From NCBI GenBank assembly GCA_964248365.1, contig CAXTYC010000002.1, forward strand, positions 32,001-96,000: 64,000 nt of DNA, in the 5' to 3' direction. Positions 18,027 to 28,614 of the stretch are shown here, one piece after another. The DNA is from an uncultured Chroococcidiopsis sp. GTDB lineage: Bacteria > Cyanobacteriota > Cyanobacteriia > Cyanobacteriales > Chroococcidiopsidaceae. The position numbers and the translations under genes were made by a program. The notes below the pieces were generated by a model. The model was not told where the DNA came from. It did no database searches and worked only from the letters and a program-made list of their open reading frames with translations. Numbering within the stretch: position 1 is the first letter of the stretch; every line of letters begins with the position of its first letter.

Positions 18027-18668
18027 CTAATTTAAGGTATCTTTCAGTACAGTACGAGCTGCCAAGTGATTGCGGGTAGAAGTAAGGATTTCTGCTTCCC
18101 GTTCTAGACGAGCGGCAGTATCCTGCATTTCTAGCAATGTTTGTTGTTCTGCTGCTACACCATAAAGGTTACTTGCCACCCAGTAAGACAGTTCTCTAGG
18201 TAAATCTGGGATATTTTCTGGCAATTCAATGTTTTGTTCAGTTAACTTGGCTGAAAGACGCACTACGTCTCGCAGCAGTTGTTCTACTTCTTTTGCCAAA
18301 GCTTTCAAATCTTTTTGTGGCGGTTGGTCTTCAATCCATTCGACCAAACCAACCTTATAAGGCTTTTCACGCACATATTCTAATACGCGAAATCGCTGCT
18401 GCCCCAAGGTTAAGACCTTCATGCGGTCATCTGGTAAGCGCTGATATTGAATAATTTCAGCGCAGCATCCTACTTTAGCTGGTTGACCTTGTACTGGGTC
18501 CCAAAGCAACACCCCAAAGCGGCGATCGCTTTCCAGAATCGTGTTCATCATAATTCGGTAGCGAAACTCAAAAATGTGCAGAGGTAGGGGTCGATTGGGA
18601 AAAAGAACTACCTCTGGCAACGGGAACAGCGGGAGTTCTCGCACTGCTATTTGGGAAGAAGATGTCAT
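18027..18668 (-). CDS. LON peptidase substrate-binding domain protein
   Basis: LPLFPLPEVVLFP..PLPLHIFEFRYR. Confidence 0.9.
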   Translation of the reverse strand: MTSSSQIAVRELPLFPLPEVVLFPNRPLPLHIFEFRYRIMMNTILESDRRFGVLLWDPVQGQPAKVGCCAEIIQYQRLPDDRMKVLTLGQQRFRVLEYVREKPYKVGLVEWIEDQPPQKDLKALAKEVEQLLRDVVRLSAKLTEQNIELPENIPDLPRELSYWVASNLYGVAAEQQTLLEMQDTAARLEREAEILTSTRNHLAARTVLKDTLN

Positions 18669-18895
18669 CGTCTGTCAGTAAAAACTGTAACTGCGCGTTC
18701 TGTTTTTACTTTAGCCGATCTCTTCATCATTAGCTTTTAGCTTTTAGCGATTAGCTCTTAGCTTTTAGCTAGGTAGCAACTGATAGACTAATGAATATCA
18801 AAGACCACCATCTGCAAGGGAACTATGGATCAGTGGTTAGCAGCTAACAGCTAACCGCGCGAGCGCGTTCTCGCAACCGCTAACAGCTTTATCAA

Positions 18896-19213
18896 TTAAA
18901 GTTTTACTTCGATGTCTACACCCGCAGGTAAATCGAGTTTCATCAGAGCATCAATAGTCTTAGAAGAAGGTTGGTAAATATCAATAATTCTGCGGTGAGT
19001 ACGAGTTTCAAAATGTTCTCGTGAATCTTTATCTACGTGAGGCGAGCGCAGCACACAATAAACTCGACGCTTTGTTGGTAAAGGAATTGGACCTATAGCT
19101 GTAGCATTAGTTCGATTTGCTGTATCGACAATTTTCTCGCACGAGGTATCAAGTAAGCGGCGATCAAAAGCCTGTAGACGAATGCGAATTTTTTGCTGTT
19201 GAAGAGTTGCCAT
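18896..19213 (-). CDS. rpsJ: 30S ribosomal protein S10
   Basis: KIRIRL.AFD, GPIPLPT and [14 protein letters not shown]. Confidence 0.99.
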   Translation of the reverse strand: MATLQQQKIRIRLQAFDRRLLDTSCEKIVDTANRTNATAIGPIPLPTKRRVYCVLRSPHVDKDSREHFETRTHRRIIDIYQPSSKTIDALMKLDLPAGVDIEVKL

Positions 19214-19278
19214 TTTAAGTTTTCTTGGTTCTGTTTTCTGGGAGGAAAAGCTAACAGCTTTGTAAATAACGAAATTGA

Positions 19279-19325
19279 AGGAGCAGAAAAGTATTCTACC
19301 TGTTCGGCATTACTTTTCTGCTCCT
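19279..19325 (-). other. Strong stem-loop between tuf and rpsJ (mRNA stabiliser or attenuator)
   Basis: Perfect 15-bp stem AGGAGCAGAAAAGTA / TACTTTTCTGCTCCT with no U-tail on the sense strand. Confidence 0.6.
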
Positions 19326-19343
19326 AATTAGTTGCTGGCAGTT

Positions 19344-20573
19344 TTACTTAACGATTTTAGAAACTACACCAGCACCAATAGTGCGACCGCCTTCACGGAT
19401 AGCGAAACGCATTCCCTGTTCAATCGCAATTGGGTTGATTAGTTCTACGGTCATTTTAACGCGATCGCCTGGCATCACCATTTCAGCTGTGCTACCGTCA
19501 TCAGCGGTAAAAGCTGTAATTGTGCCAGTTACGTCAGTTGTCCGCACGTAGAACTGAGGACGATAGCCAGCAAAAAATGGTGTCTTACGACCGCCTTCTT
19601 TGTCTGTCAGCACGTACACTTCAGATTCAAACTGGGTGTGGGGGGTAATGCTACCAGGCTTAGCCAGCACCATACCACGCTCGATATCTTCTTTCTTTAG
19701 ACCTCGCAGCAGTACGCCGACGTTATCCCCAGCCAAACCTTCATCCAAGGTCTTCTGGAACATTTCTACACCCGTAACTGTAGTGCTACGTGTGCCTCTG
19801 ATCCCCACTAGTTCGACTGTTTCGCCAACTTTGACTTTGCCGCGCTCAATTCTACCAGTGGCTACTGTACCACGACCGGAAATTGAGAACACGTCTTCTA
19901 CCGCCATCAAGAAGGGCTTGTCAATATCTCGCTCTGGTGTTGGAATGTAGGAATCTACCGCATCCATCAAGTCGTAGATCTTATCGACCCACTCATTGTC
20001 ACCCCGCTTGGTTCCTGGGTTAGCGATCATTGTTTCCAAAGCTTGCAGTGCACTGCCTGCAACAATGGGAATATCGTCCCCTGGGAAGTCATAAGAACTC
20101 AACAGTTCACGTACTTCCAGTTCCACCAGTTCCAGCAGTTCTTCGTCATCCACCATGTCTTTCTTATTCAGGAAGACAACGATGTTGGGAACGCCCACTT
20201 GCTTAGCTAATAGAATATGCTCCCGTGTTTGGGGCATTGGACCATCCGCAGCAGATACCACCAGGATTGCACCATCCATCTGGGCTGCTCCGGTGATCAT
20301 GTTTTTTACATAGTCTGCGTGTCCTGGGCAGTCTACGTGGGCATAGTGCCTGTTTTCTGTTTGATACTCTACGTGAGCAGTATTGATAGTGATGCCCCGC
20401 GCCTTTTCTTCAGGTGCAGCATCGATTTCGTCGTATTTTTTAGCCTTCGCCTGACCCAAAGCAGCTAGGGTCATGGTAATTGCTGCCGTTAGAGTGGTTT
20501 TGCCGTGATCAACGTGACCAATCGTACCAATGTTGACGTGGGGTTTATTCCTTTCAAACTTTGCGCGTGCCAT
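19344..20573 (-). CDS. tuf: Elongation factor Tu
   Basis: [14 protein letters not shown] and NKKD. Confidence 0.99.
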   Translation of the reverse strand: MARAKFERNKPHVNIGTIGHVDHGKTTLTAAITMTLAALGQAKAKKYDEIDAAPEEKARGITINTAHVEYQTENRHYAHVDCPGHADYVKNMITGAAQMDGAILVVSAADGPMPQTREHILLAKQVGVPNIVVFLNKKDMVDDEELLELVELEVRELLSSYDFPGDDIPIVAGSALQALETMIANPGTKRGDNEWVDKIYDLMDAVDSYIPTPERDIDKPFLMAVEDVFSISGRGTVATGRIERGKVKVGETVELVGIRGTRSTTVTGVEMFQKTLDEGLAGDNVGVLLRGLKKEDIERGMVLAKPGSITPHTQFESEVYVLTDKEGGRKTPFFAGYRPQFYVRTTDVTGTITAFTADDGSTAEMVMPGDRVKMTVELINPIAIEQGMRFAIREGGRTIGAGVVSKIVK

Positions 20574-20692
20574 GAGAGTAGTTTTGCGTTTTGAGTTTTA
20601 ACTTTAGTTAAGAAGAGTTTTGAGCAAAGTAACAAGGATTTCGTGTTTAATTATTTCCCACTCACCCCTCGCCCCTGCTCATTGCTCCTCTC

Positions 20693-22768
20693 TTAGGCGT
20701 TCCCTTTGCTCTTAGCAATGATTGCCTCAGCCACGTTGCGAGGCACTTCATCGTAGTGGCTAAACTCCATCGAGAAGATGCCCCTGCCTTGGGTTTTAGA
20801 GCGGATATCCGTAGCATAGCCAAACATTTCTGCCAATGGAACTTTAGCAGTTACTTTGGCGATGCCTTGTTCAGATCCCATCCCTTCAATTTGACCACGA
20901 CGAGAATTAAGGTCTCCCATTACATCCCCAAGGAAGTTTTCGGGAACTTCAACCTCAACTTTCATCATAGGCTCTAATAGGACAGGATTCGCTTTCATCA
21001 CTGCTTCCTTAATCGCCATTGAGCCAGCAATCTTGAACGCCATTTCCGAGGAATCTACGTCGTGGTAGGAACCATCAACCAGGGTTGCTTTGATATCAAT
21101 CACCGGATATCCAGCTAAAATACCGGATTCAGTGGTTTCCTTCATTCCCTGTTCGGCAGGTCCGATGTACTCTTTGGGTACTACACCGCCGACAATCTTG
21201 GAGACGAATTCAAAGCCGCTACCTGGATCTCCTGGTGCTAACTCAATGACTACGTGACCGTACTGACCTTTACCACCACTTTGGCGGATAAACTTACCTT
21301 CTGCTCTGACAGCCTTACGAATTGTTTCTCGGTAAGCTACTTGTGGTGCGCCCACGTTAGCTTCTACCTTAAACTCTCTTAGCATTCGGTCTACCAGAAT
21401 TTCCAGGTGTAGCTCACCCATTCCAGCAATTACGGTTTGGTTGGTTTCTGGGTCAACGTTTACTCGGAATGTAGGATCTTCCTCAGACAGTGCTTGCAGC
21501 GCCTTGGACAGTTTATCCATGTCCTGCTTGGTTTTAGGCTCTACTGCTACTGAGATAACTGGCTCTGGAATGAACAGAGATTCTAGGATCACTGGTGCAT
21601 TTTCGTCACACAGTGTATCTCCTGTAAAGGTGTCTTTCAGTCCTAAAGCTGCTCCTAAGCTGCCTGCACGTAGTTCATCTACTTCAATGCGATCATTAGC
21701 TTTTAGAACAACCAAGCGGGAAATCCGTTCTTTTTTGCCTTTAGCTGAGTTGAGAACATAGCTACCTTGCTTCAGGACACCCGAATAAACCCGAACAAAG
21801 GTGAGGCGACCATATTTATCAGACATGATCTTAAACGCCAGAGCGGATAATGGCTCTTCGTCGTCTGCATGGCGCTCAACTACATCACCGTTGGGCAGTG
21901 TACCTTGAATTGCTGGCACATCAATCGGCGCAGGTAGGTAATCTACGACAGCATCGAGTAACAGTTGCACACCTTTATTTTTGAAGGCAGAACCGCACAA
22001 AACGGGAATAATTGTCCCAGCAATCGTCCCTTGACGCAGCCCTTTACGAATTTCAGCTTCGGTAAGTTCTTCGCCTTCGAGATATTTTTCAATTAGGGCT
22101 TCATCTGTCTCTGCTACCGCTTCAACTAGCTGCGCACGATATTCGTCTGCCTGAGCCTGCATTTCTGCTGGAATCTCGGTTTCCTGAATATCAGTTCCTT
22201 GATCATTGGTGTAGATGAAGGCGCGCATCCTTACCAAGTCAATAATTCCTCGTAGCTCATTCTCGCTACCAATCGGCAGTTGAATTGCTACTGCGTTTGC
22301 CCTCAAGCGATCGCGTATTTGGTTAAATACTTTGAAGAAATCTGCTCCAGTGCGATCCATCTTATTTATAAAGACAATTCGCGGCACTTTATATCGATCT
22401 GCTTGCCGCCAAACTGTCTCTGTCTGTGGCTGTACACCGCCAACAGAACATAAAACGGTAATCACACCGTCTAATACTCGCATCGAGCGTTCTACTTCAA
22501 TCGTGAAGTCAACGTGACCTGGTGTATCGATAATGTTGACTGCATGATCTTTCCAACTGGTGCTAATAGCAGCAGCTGTAATCGTAATGCCTCTTTCACG
22601 CTCTTGCTCCATCCAGTCGGTCGTTGCCGTTCCTTCGTGGACTTCACCAGTTCTGTGAACGATGCCTGAGTAAAACAAAATGCGTTCGGTTGTCGTTGTT
22701 TTGCCCGCATCAATATGAGCCGCAATTCCGATATTGCGTACTTTTTCAAGCGGAACGGTACGTGCCAC
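20693..22768 (-). CDS. fusA: Elongation factor G
   Basis: [19 protein letters not shown] and NKMD; GTG start preceded by AGGAGG. Confidence 0.99.
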   Translation of the reverse strand: MARTVPLEKVRNIGIAAHIDAGKTTTTERILFYSGIVHRTGEVHEGTATTDWMEQERERGITITAAAISTSWKDHAVNIIDTPGHVDFTIEVERSMRVLDGVITVLCSVGGVQPQTETVWRQADRYKVPRIVFINKMDRTGADFFKVFNQIRDRLRANAVAIQLPIGSENELRGIIDLVRMRAFIYTNDQGTDIQETEIPAEMQAQADEYRAQLVEAVAETDEALIEKYLEGEELTEAEIRKGLRQGTIAGTIIPVLCGSAFKNKGVQLLLDAVVDYLPAPIDVPAIQGTLPNGDVVERHADDEEPLSALAFKIMSDKYGRLTFVRVYSGVLKQGSYVLNSAKGKKERISRLVVLKANDRIEVDELRAGSLGAALGLKDTFTGDTLCDENAPVILESLFIPEPVISVAVEPKTKQDMDKLSKALQALSEEDPTFRVNVDPETNQTVIAGMGELHLEILVDRMLREFKVEANVGAPQVAYRETIRKAVRAEGKFIRQSGGKGQYGHVVIELAPGDPGSGFEFVSKIVGGVVPKEYIGPAEQGMKETTESGILAGYPVIDIKATLVDGSYHDVDSSEMAFKIAGSMAIKEAVMKANPVLLEPMMKVEVEVPENFLGDVMGDLNSRRGQIEGMGSEQGIAKVTAKVPLAEMFGYATDIRSKTQGRGIFSMEFSHYDEVPRNVAEAIIAKSKGNA

Positions 22769-22914
22769 AGCTACCTCCTTGAGTCTTTGCCGCAGGTCTT
22801 TCTATGTTACTATCTGTTAAGATTCTATACTTTACGGTAAACCGTCCTAAAGATTTATGGACATCACTTTTTACCTGCCCTAGGGCAGTTTTTTTTTATC
22901 TGCCCTTAATTAGT

Positions 22915-23385
22915 TTAGTACCGATAGTGAGCAAAGGCTTTGTTTGCTTCAGCCATCCGGTGGGTTTCTTCGCGTTTGCGAATTGCATTTCCAGTTTCGT
23001 TGGCTGCATCCATAATTTCATTTGCCAACTTCAACGCCATAGTGCGACCTGAGCGTTGTCTAGAAAACTGGATCAGCCAACGCAGTGCAAGAGCTGTACC
23101 ACGCTCGGATCTTACTTCCATCGGGACTTGGTAGGTTGCTCCTCCTACCCTACGGGCTTTCACTTCTACCAAAGGCGTAGCATTACGCACTGCTCTTTCA
23201 AAGGTTTCGAGCGGATCTGAGCCTGTCCGCTCTTCTATTGTTTTCATGGCATCATACATAATCCCCGTAGCGATTGATTTCTTACCACTGTGCATTACCC
23301 GTCGCACCATCATGCTAATGAGGCGACTGTTATACACGGAGTCGGCGGGAACAGGGCGCTTTTGAGCTACAGTACGACGAGACAT
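22915..23385 (-). CDS. rpsG: 30S ribosomal protein S7
   Basis: [11 protein letters not shown] and [12 protein letters not shown]. Confidence 0.99.
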   Translation of the reverse strand: MSRRTVAQKRPVPADSVYNSRLISMMVRRVMHSGKKSIATGIMYDAMKTIEERTGSDPLETFERAVRNATPLVEVKARRVGGATYQVPMEVRSERGTALALRWLIQFSRQRSGRTMALKLANEIMDAANETGNAIRKREETHRMAEANKAFAHYRY

Positions 23386-23850
23386 AAGTGAGCCTTCAAA
23401 TTAATTGGCAACAATTGAACTAAATCGGATGAGATAATGATTTCTTTGCTTAAAACGCCAAAGTAACTTCCACAATTGGCAATTCAAAAGCGTGGAAGCG
23501 CGAAATTGAAAGTGATACAAGTCCTGCGCCCCGTTAGGTCGAACATAAAAATGCCTTGCATTTTTATCGCAGCCCCTGCCTTGGGCGTAAAGTGATAATT
23601 TGAATGTCGAATTTCGCGCTTCCTTGTTTGAGTTGACTGGCTTAGCTGTTAGACAAGCCTACAAAACCTAGCATAATGCACAAAACTGTAATGCCAAAGG
23701 GCTGACATTCGAAAGCAATGTCTATTATTTTTGCCCTTTGGTCTAATTTGTCAGTTGTACCACACAGTCAGTTTCAATCAGCATAAACTTCATCGGTGCT
23801 GTCTTGGGCTAACAGCACTGTTTTTATCTGTTTAAGGAAGGGGCTTATGC

Positions 23851-24222
23851 TTACTTTGGTCTTTTTGTTCCATACTTCGAGCGACCTTGGCGACGGTCTT
23901 TGACTCCGGCGGTATCCAAGGTTCCACGAATAATGTGATATCTCACTCCTGGTAAGTCTTTAACCCGCCCACCGCGAATCATGACTACTGAGTGTTCTTG
24001 TAAGTTGTGACCGATACCTGGAATGTAAGCTGTTACTTCAAAACCAGAGGTCAGACGTACCCTGGCGACTTTCCGCAAGGCTGAGTTGGGTTTTTTTGGT
24101 GTGGTTGTATACACTCTGGTGCAAACGCCCCGTCGTTGTGGACATTGCTTCAGAGCTGGCGACTTGGTTTTCTTACTAGCTATCTGACGTTCGTTGCGAA
24201 TAAGCTGCTGTATGGTTGGCAT
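23851..24222 (-). CDS. rpsL: 30S ribosomal protein S12
   Basis: [10 protein letters not shown] and [10 protein letters not shown]. Confidence 0.99.
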   Translation of the reverse strand: MPTIQQLIRNERQIASKKTKSPALKQCPQRRGVCTRVYTTTPKKPNSALRKVARVRLTSGFEVTAYIPGIGHNLQEHSVVMIRGGRVKDLPGVRYHIIRGTLDTAGVKDRRQGRSKYGTKRPK

Positions 24223-24458
24223 GAGTTACAGCACGTAATTTTTTGCTGCTTTAATTTTAACGATCTATGATTATATCGATTTTGTTGATTTTATGTCAAA
24301 CTACCAAATTATTTAATCTTGACTAAAAAAGGGAAAGGGGGAAAGGTGGTAAGCACTCATCTTCGCTTCGTTGGTAGCTTCATACTTTCATTTTTAAAGA
24401 ATTAGTTTAGCAACAGATCACCCCTACCTTTTCCCTTTCCCCTTTTCCCTTTTCCCTT

Positions 24459-24788
24459 TCATTGGCTGATAGAGAAAGAATTGCCACAGCCACAAAGGGC
24501 GATCGCTCTGGGATTGTGAAAGCGAAAACCACCGCCCATCAAATCCTCGGAGTAGTCTACTGTCATATCTTTAACATAATTCAAACTTTCGGCATCTACT
24601 ACTAAGGCAATACCAGTAGATTTAAAAATTTGATCGCCAGTCCTTAATACTTTATCAAACCCCATATCGTAGAACAAGCCAGAGCAGCCCCCAGTTTGAA
24701 CCTGTAAACGAAAAAAAACCTCTGGGTTATTCTGCTTTGACATCAGACGTTGAATTTCTTTAGCAGCAGATTGACTAAGATAAATCAT
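24459..24788 (-). CDS. IscA/SufA/HesB Fe-S assembly accessory protein
   Basis: GGCSG and CGCGNSF. Confidence 0.92.
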   Translation of the reverse strand: MIYLSQSAAKEIQRLMSKQNNPEVFFRLQVQTGGCSGLFYDMGFDKVLRTGDQIFKSTGIALVVDAESLNYVKDMTVDYSEDLMGGGFRFHNPRAIALCGCGNSFSISQ

Positions 24789-24935
24789 CGGTATATTTGT
24801 GAAGACAGAAGAAAGGACACAGAAGACAGGAGCCAGAAGTCAGAAGCCAGAAGTCGAAATTCGGAATTCTCCCCCTCTCCCCTGATTCCCTCTCTCCCTC
24901 TCTCCCTAGCCCCTAGCCCCTGCGCCAGCGCCCCT

Positions 24936-25352
24936 CTATTTAGTGCGAGAGTAGTCGTCTTGAAATCTTACAATGTCATCTTCGCCTAAATATTCACCAT
25001 TTTGCACTTCAATCAAAACTAGGGGAATTACACCAGGGTTTTCCAGGCGATGACTTGTACACTGTGGTACATAAGTAGATTGATTGTTACTGAGCATGAT
25101 TTCTTGATCACCGCAAACAACCTTGGCTGTACCAGAGACAACAATCCAGTGTTCACTGCGATGGTGATGCATTTGCAAGCTAAGGCGATGTCCAGGCTTG
25201 ACTTCAATTCGCTTAATTTTATATCCTCGCCCTTCTTCTAGGATAGTAAAGGAACCCCAAGGTCTTAGCTCTGTAGCAGCAACACCTTTAGAAGCAACAT
25301 TTGCTGGTATAGATAGAGTCGGTGCTGGGGAAGTTTCTTGAACCTTAGCCAT
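24936..25352 (-). CDS. Type II phosphomannose isomerase C-terminal cupin protein
   Basis: RPWG, SLQMHHHRSEHW and EVQNGEYLGEDDIVRFQD. Confidence 0.92.
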   Translation of the reverse strand: MAKVQETSPAPTLSIPANVASKGVAATELRPWGSFTILEEGRGYKIKRIEVKPGHRLSLQMHHHRSEHWIVVSGTAKVVCGDQEIMLSNNQSTYVPQCTSHRLENPGVIPLVLIEVQNGEYLGEDDIVRFQDDYSRTK

Positions 25353-25615
25353 GATTTTTTACTCCAGAAAACTGCTATTTGTGGTAAAAGATTGTGAAAT
25401 ATTGACGAAGAATACAGTTGCGGTACTAACCCAAAAAATAACTAAGCTAATGTAGCCATAGCCAAAGATAGCAAACTCTTACTGATGAGTGTCATTAGTA
25501 AACGGGCTTTTGCCATACGTTACATCAAGTCTTCATGAGTGATGAGTCAGCTTTAAGAAAACTTTAACTAAGTGGTTGTACGTATAGTGTTTTTACTGAT
25601 GTGTGAAGCGATGCT

Positions 25616-27700
25616 TTAACGAGGCTGTAGGAAAATACCAAGACCATTGTGGACACGAGCAGCAGTTAGGGGCGAGCGATCAAGCAGTTGACCACCTAGG
25701 TAAAGACTCGTAGAACTACCACCATCCAAGTTTAAAGCATCCACACACCCCAGTTGCTGCATAATTTTTGCAGTTTCCGCCAAAGTGGGTCCCGCTCCAC
25801 CAGCACGGTTATGAACAGCAGCAATGACTAAGTTACCTGTTGCAATTGTGCCAATAGCGCTACGAATAGCTGTCTGGTGAATGAAAGCATCGCTGAACCC
25901 TTCAGCTTTGGCATTGAGGACAATTTGCCGATTTTGAACTAGAACTGGTCCTGCGCCTAATATTTGTGGGTAATGGGCAAAGTCTGCTGGGATGGTAGCG
26001 CTTTCTTGGCGGATGAGTGTACCAACTGGTAGGAAATTAGCGGTATTGGTAGCGCGTAAGGCTAGTAAGTAACCGTTGAGTGGAATTGGAAAGGCAGTTT
26101 TACCCGCGACACCTCCAGGTAGTTGAGCAGTGACAGAGTTATTTTGGACGACTACAATAACTTCATTGTCGATTAGGGGAGTATAGGTAGATCCCCAGTC
26201 GGCAGAGTAGAGAGCAATGCCAGAAGAGACATAACCACTGTTGAATGTTACAACGGGTAAACGCTGTCCGCTTGAGGTAATTAAGTTTTCCTGCATCGCC
26301 AGATGACCGATTTTTATTTGTCCAGAATTATTCAACGCGATCGCTCCTCGGTTGAGAATTGGACTGGACAACCAGCGACCATTTCGTCGAATTGCTCCCA
26401 GAGGTAATTTATTTTTCCGATTAAAAAATCCCCCATTAATTGCAGCAGCAGCCCAATAATACTGAGCAGTTTTGAGAATAGGAGCGATACCTACCAGAGT
26501 ATTGGTTTGACTCGAAATCGGTTTGAGTGTTAATCCGACAGTACGCGGGTTAATTTCTAGCCAAACGACGGGAAAGCGAGAATTGCCCAAATTGATATAC
26601 TGTTGTCGCCAGCGCAAGCCCTCAGCCCAAAGAATATCACGTTCTACCATCGCGTCTGGTCGCAAATCAATTACTATCCGATTGGGGAAGGCTAGGGTGC
26701 TAATACGAGGAGATATACCAACAGGTAAGCCCAGGCGGATAGTGGTAAGGTTGGGATCGGCTTTCAGTTCTAGGCTGGAGATGGATGAGCTTGGGGTAGT
26801 ACCCATTGCTACCTTGTCAGCTATGGCATCAATTGTAACTAGCCATTCTTGCTGGCGGGGTGGGAATTTGTTTAGAATGCCTTGGGGTGTCAACTTGGTA
26901 GCATTGGGGTCGTCTAGAAGTTCGACATGGGGAGTTTTTGGTTTAGCTGCTGGCTTTTGTCTAGTGAGTTGCCACGCAGTTGGGCGGTCTAAGTCTACTA
27001 CAATGCGATCGCCTTCTTTTTGCTTTCCTTGACGAATTCCTCTCACTCTAGCCGCTGGTAACGTAATTTGCAGGGTGTCACCATCAGCTTGCATTTGCCA
27101 AAGCGCCATACTCGCTAGCTGTGTAATATTCAAATAGCGATACATTCCACTGTGCCAGCTATCTAGGACAAGCGGCGAGGGGAATGCCCCAGAAAACCAC
27201 CAGATTGGCTGTTTTTCCGCGTCACTTGTGTTTAGCAACTCCACTCCAAGTAGTTGCATTAATCCCGCGTCACTAATCGCTGTGCTAAGCTTACCTGTGT
27301 TTTTATTCAAATTCCATTGATGCCAAGGGGCAGGAAAAGTTCGACCATTTAAAGAAATTTGCTTGCCAGAATAGATGAACTGTGGTATATGGGTGCGAAG
27401 GTTAGGAGCAGAATTATTTGGTTTAATCAGTGGTTTTGTAGGTATCGTTTGGGGCGGCTGGGCGATGCTAGCACTTACCGATACTAACCATAATGAAGTT
27501 GTCAGGAGGGATAAGATAATTGGGGCAGGCAAAAAGAGTAAACTTGTTGTGAAATATATTTTTTGTCTGGGCAGCAGGGGAGCTTTATGATCTGGGAAGC
27601 ACTTAAAAAATCCTCTCCTGTGGCCCTTGCCCCTCTGCCCATCTGCCCCTCTGCCCCTCTGCGGTCTAAACTGACAAAATATAAAGCGTTTCTGGCTCAT
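25616..27700 (-). CDS. Phosphodiester glycosidase (NAGPA-like) family exported protein
   Basis: AAINGGFF, GAGPVL, RSAIG and ALNLDGGSS, with an N-terminal hydrophobic signal. The start codon is uncertain. Confidence 0.85.
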   Translation of the reverse strand: MSQKRFIFCQFRPQRGRGADGQRGKGHRRGFFKCFPDHKAPLLPRQKIYFTTSLLFLPAPIILSLLTTSLWLVSVSASIAQPPQTIPTKPLIKPNNSAPNLRTHIPQFIYSGKQISLNGRTFPAPWHQWNLNKNTGKLSTAISDAGLMQLLGVELLNTSDAEKQPIWWFSGAFPSPLVLDSWHSGMYRYLNITQLASMALWQMQADGDTLQITLPAARVRGIRQGKQKEGDRIVVDLDRPTAWQLTRQKPAAKPKTPHVELLDDPNATKLTPQGILNKFPPRQQEWLVTIDAIADKVAMGTTPSSSISSLELKADPNLTTIRLGLPVGISPRISTLAFPNRIVIDLRPDAMVERDILWAEGLRWRQQYINLGNSRFPVVWLEINPRTVGLTLKPISSQTNTLVGIAPILKTAQYYWAAAAINGGFFNRKNKLPLGAIRRNGRWLSSPILNRGAIALNNSGQIKIGHLAMQENLITSSGQRLPVVTFNSGYVSSGIALYSADWGSTYTPLIDNEVIVVVQNNSVTAQLPGGVAGKTAFPIPLNGYLLALRATNTANFLPVGTLIRQESATIPADFAHYPQILGAGPVLVQNRQIVLNAKAEGFSDAFIHQTAIRSAIGTIATGNLVIAAVHNRAGGAGPTLAETAKIMQQLGCVDALNLDGGSSTSLYLGGQLLDRSPLTAARVHNGLGIFLQPR

Positions 27701-28614
27701 TGTTAAAAGCAAGTCTAAAAAGATTAAGTCCCTTTGGGCAAGATCGACTGTACCATAAGGAACTTTTCGGCAAAAATTAAGAAGTAATGACTTTTATTTG
27801 GGTTGTTAACGTCATAATGGTATAAGTGGCAGGAGAGCGCTTGTTGCTAACACTTGCAAGCAGCGTTAAGCCTTGCCCAGTAATTTAGACATAAGTAAAA
27901 TAAAAAACTCGGCTAACACTCAATAGGGGTACTAGGAGTGTCGGTGAAAGGGTAAAGGGACTCGGGACTGGGTTAATTTCCCCCAGATCCCCCAGCAACG
28001 CCTGCTTCCCCTCTCCCTCTCTTACCTAGTTCTGAGCGGAGGAAACCTCCGCGCTTGTCTTCGCGCTACTCCCGAATCCCTGCTATGCCGGAGTTGGTGA
28101 TTGTCAAAACAGGGTGTTTCATAATAGCCTTACTTTGGTGCTGATTGCGTACATACCAAAAGTGGCAAAAGCTGGGGAAGCGTCATTATCATCCCTTGAC
28201 TTGTGAAGCGACCAGAGTTTAAGCAAGCGTCAATAGTCTGGGTGGCACTTCCAATAGTTATGTATAAATATAAGCCTTGAAAGAAAAGTTAGGTGTGCAA
28301 GAAAGCACATCATAATATGAGTAAATATCTGTAAATGCAAAAATTACAAATAGGGGCAGCAAAGAGCTTGAGAAACGAGTTAGGGGGAAAATTGACGAAG
28401 ACAGGGAGGCAGAAAAATCTGACTCATCCTAGCACTGTCATTCGTGGCTATTTCAGCATTGAATCGCATCCGCGTAAAGCTAAAGAAGTTTGAATAATTT
28501 TTTCTTTTTGGTAGTGCAGCTGTCTGTAATTTTTTAACCGCTGTCTACAAAATTAAGCACACGTTATATATTTCCAAAATTTTGTCAGCACAAGCGCTCT
28601 TGTAGGATCAGCCT

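Noticed and set aside
19600..22749. Several antisense or alternative-frame ORFs within tuf and fusA
   Set aside because: These are the expected shadows of highly expressed genes with biased codon usage.
23851..24222. Streptomycin-resistance allele of rpsL
   Set aside because: The PKKPNS and RVKDLPG motifs are wild type.
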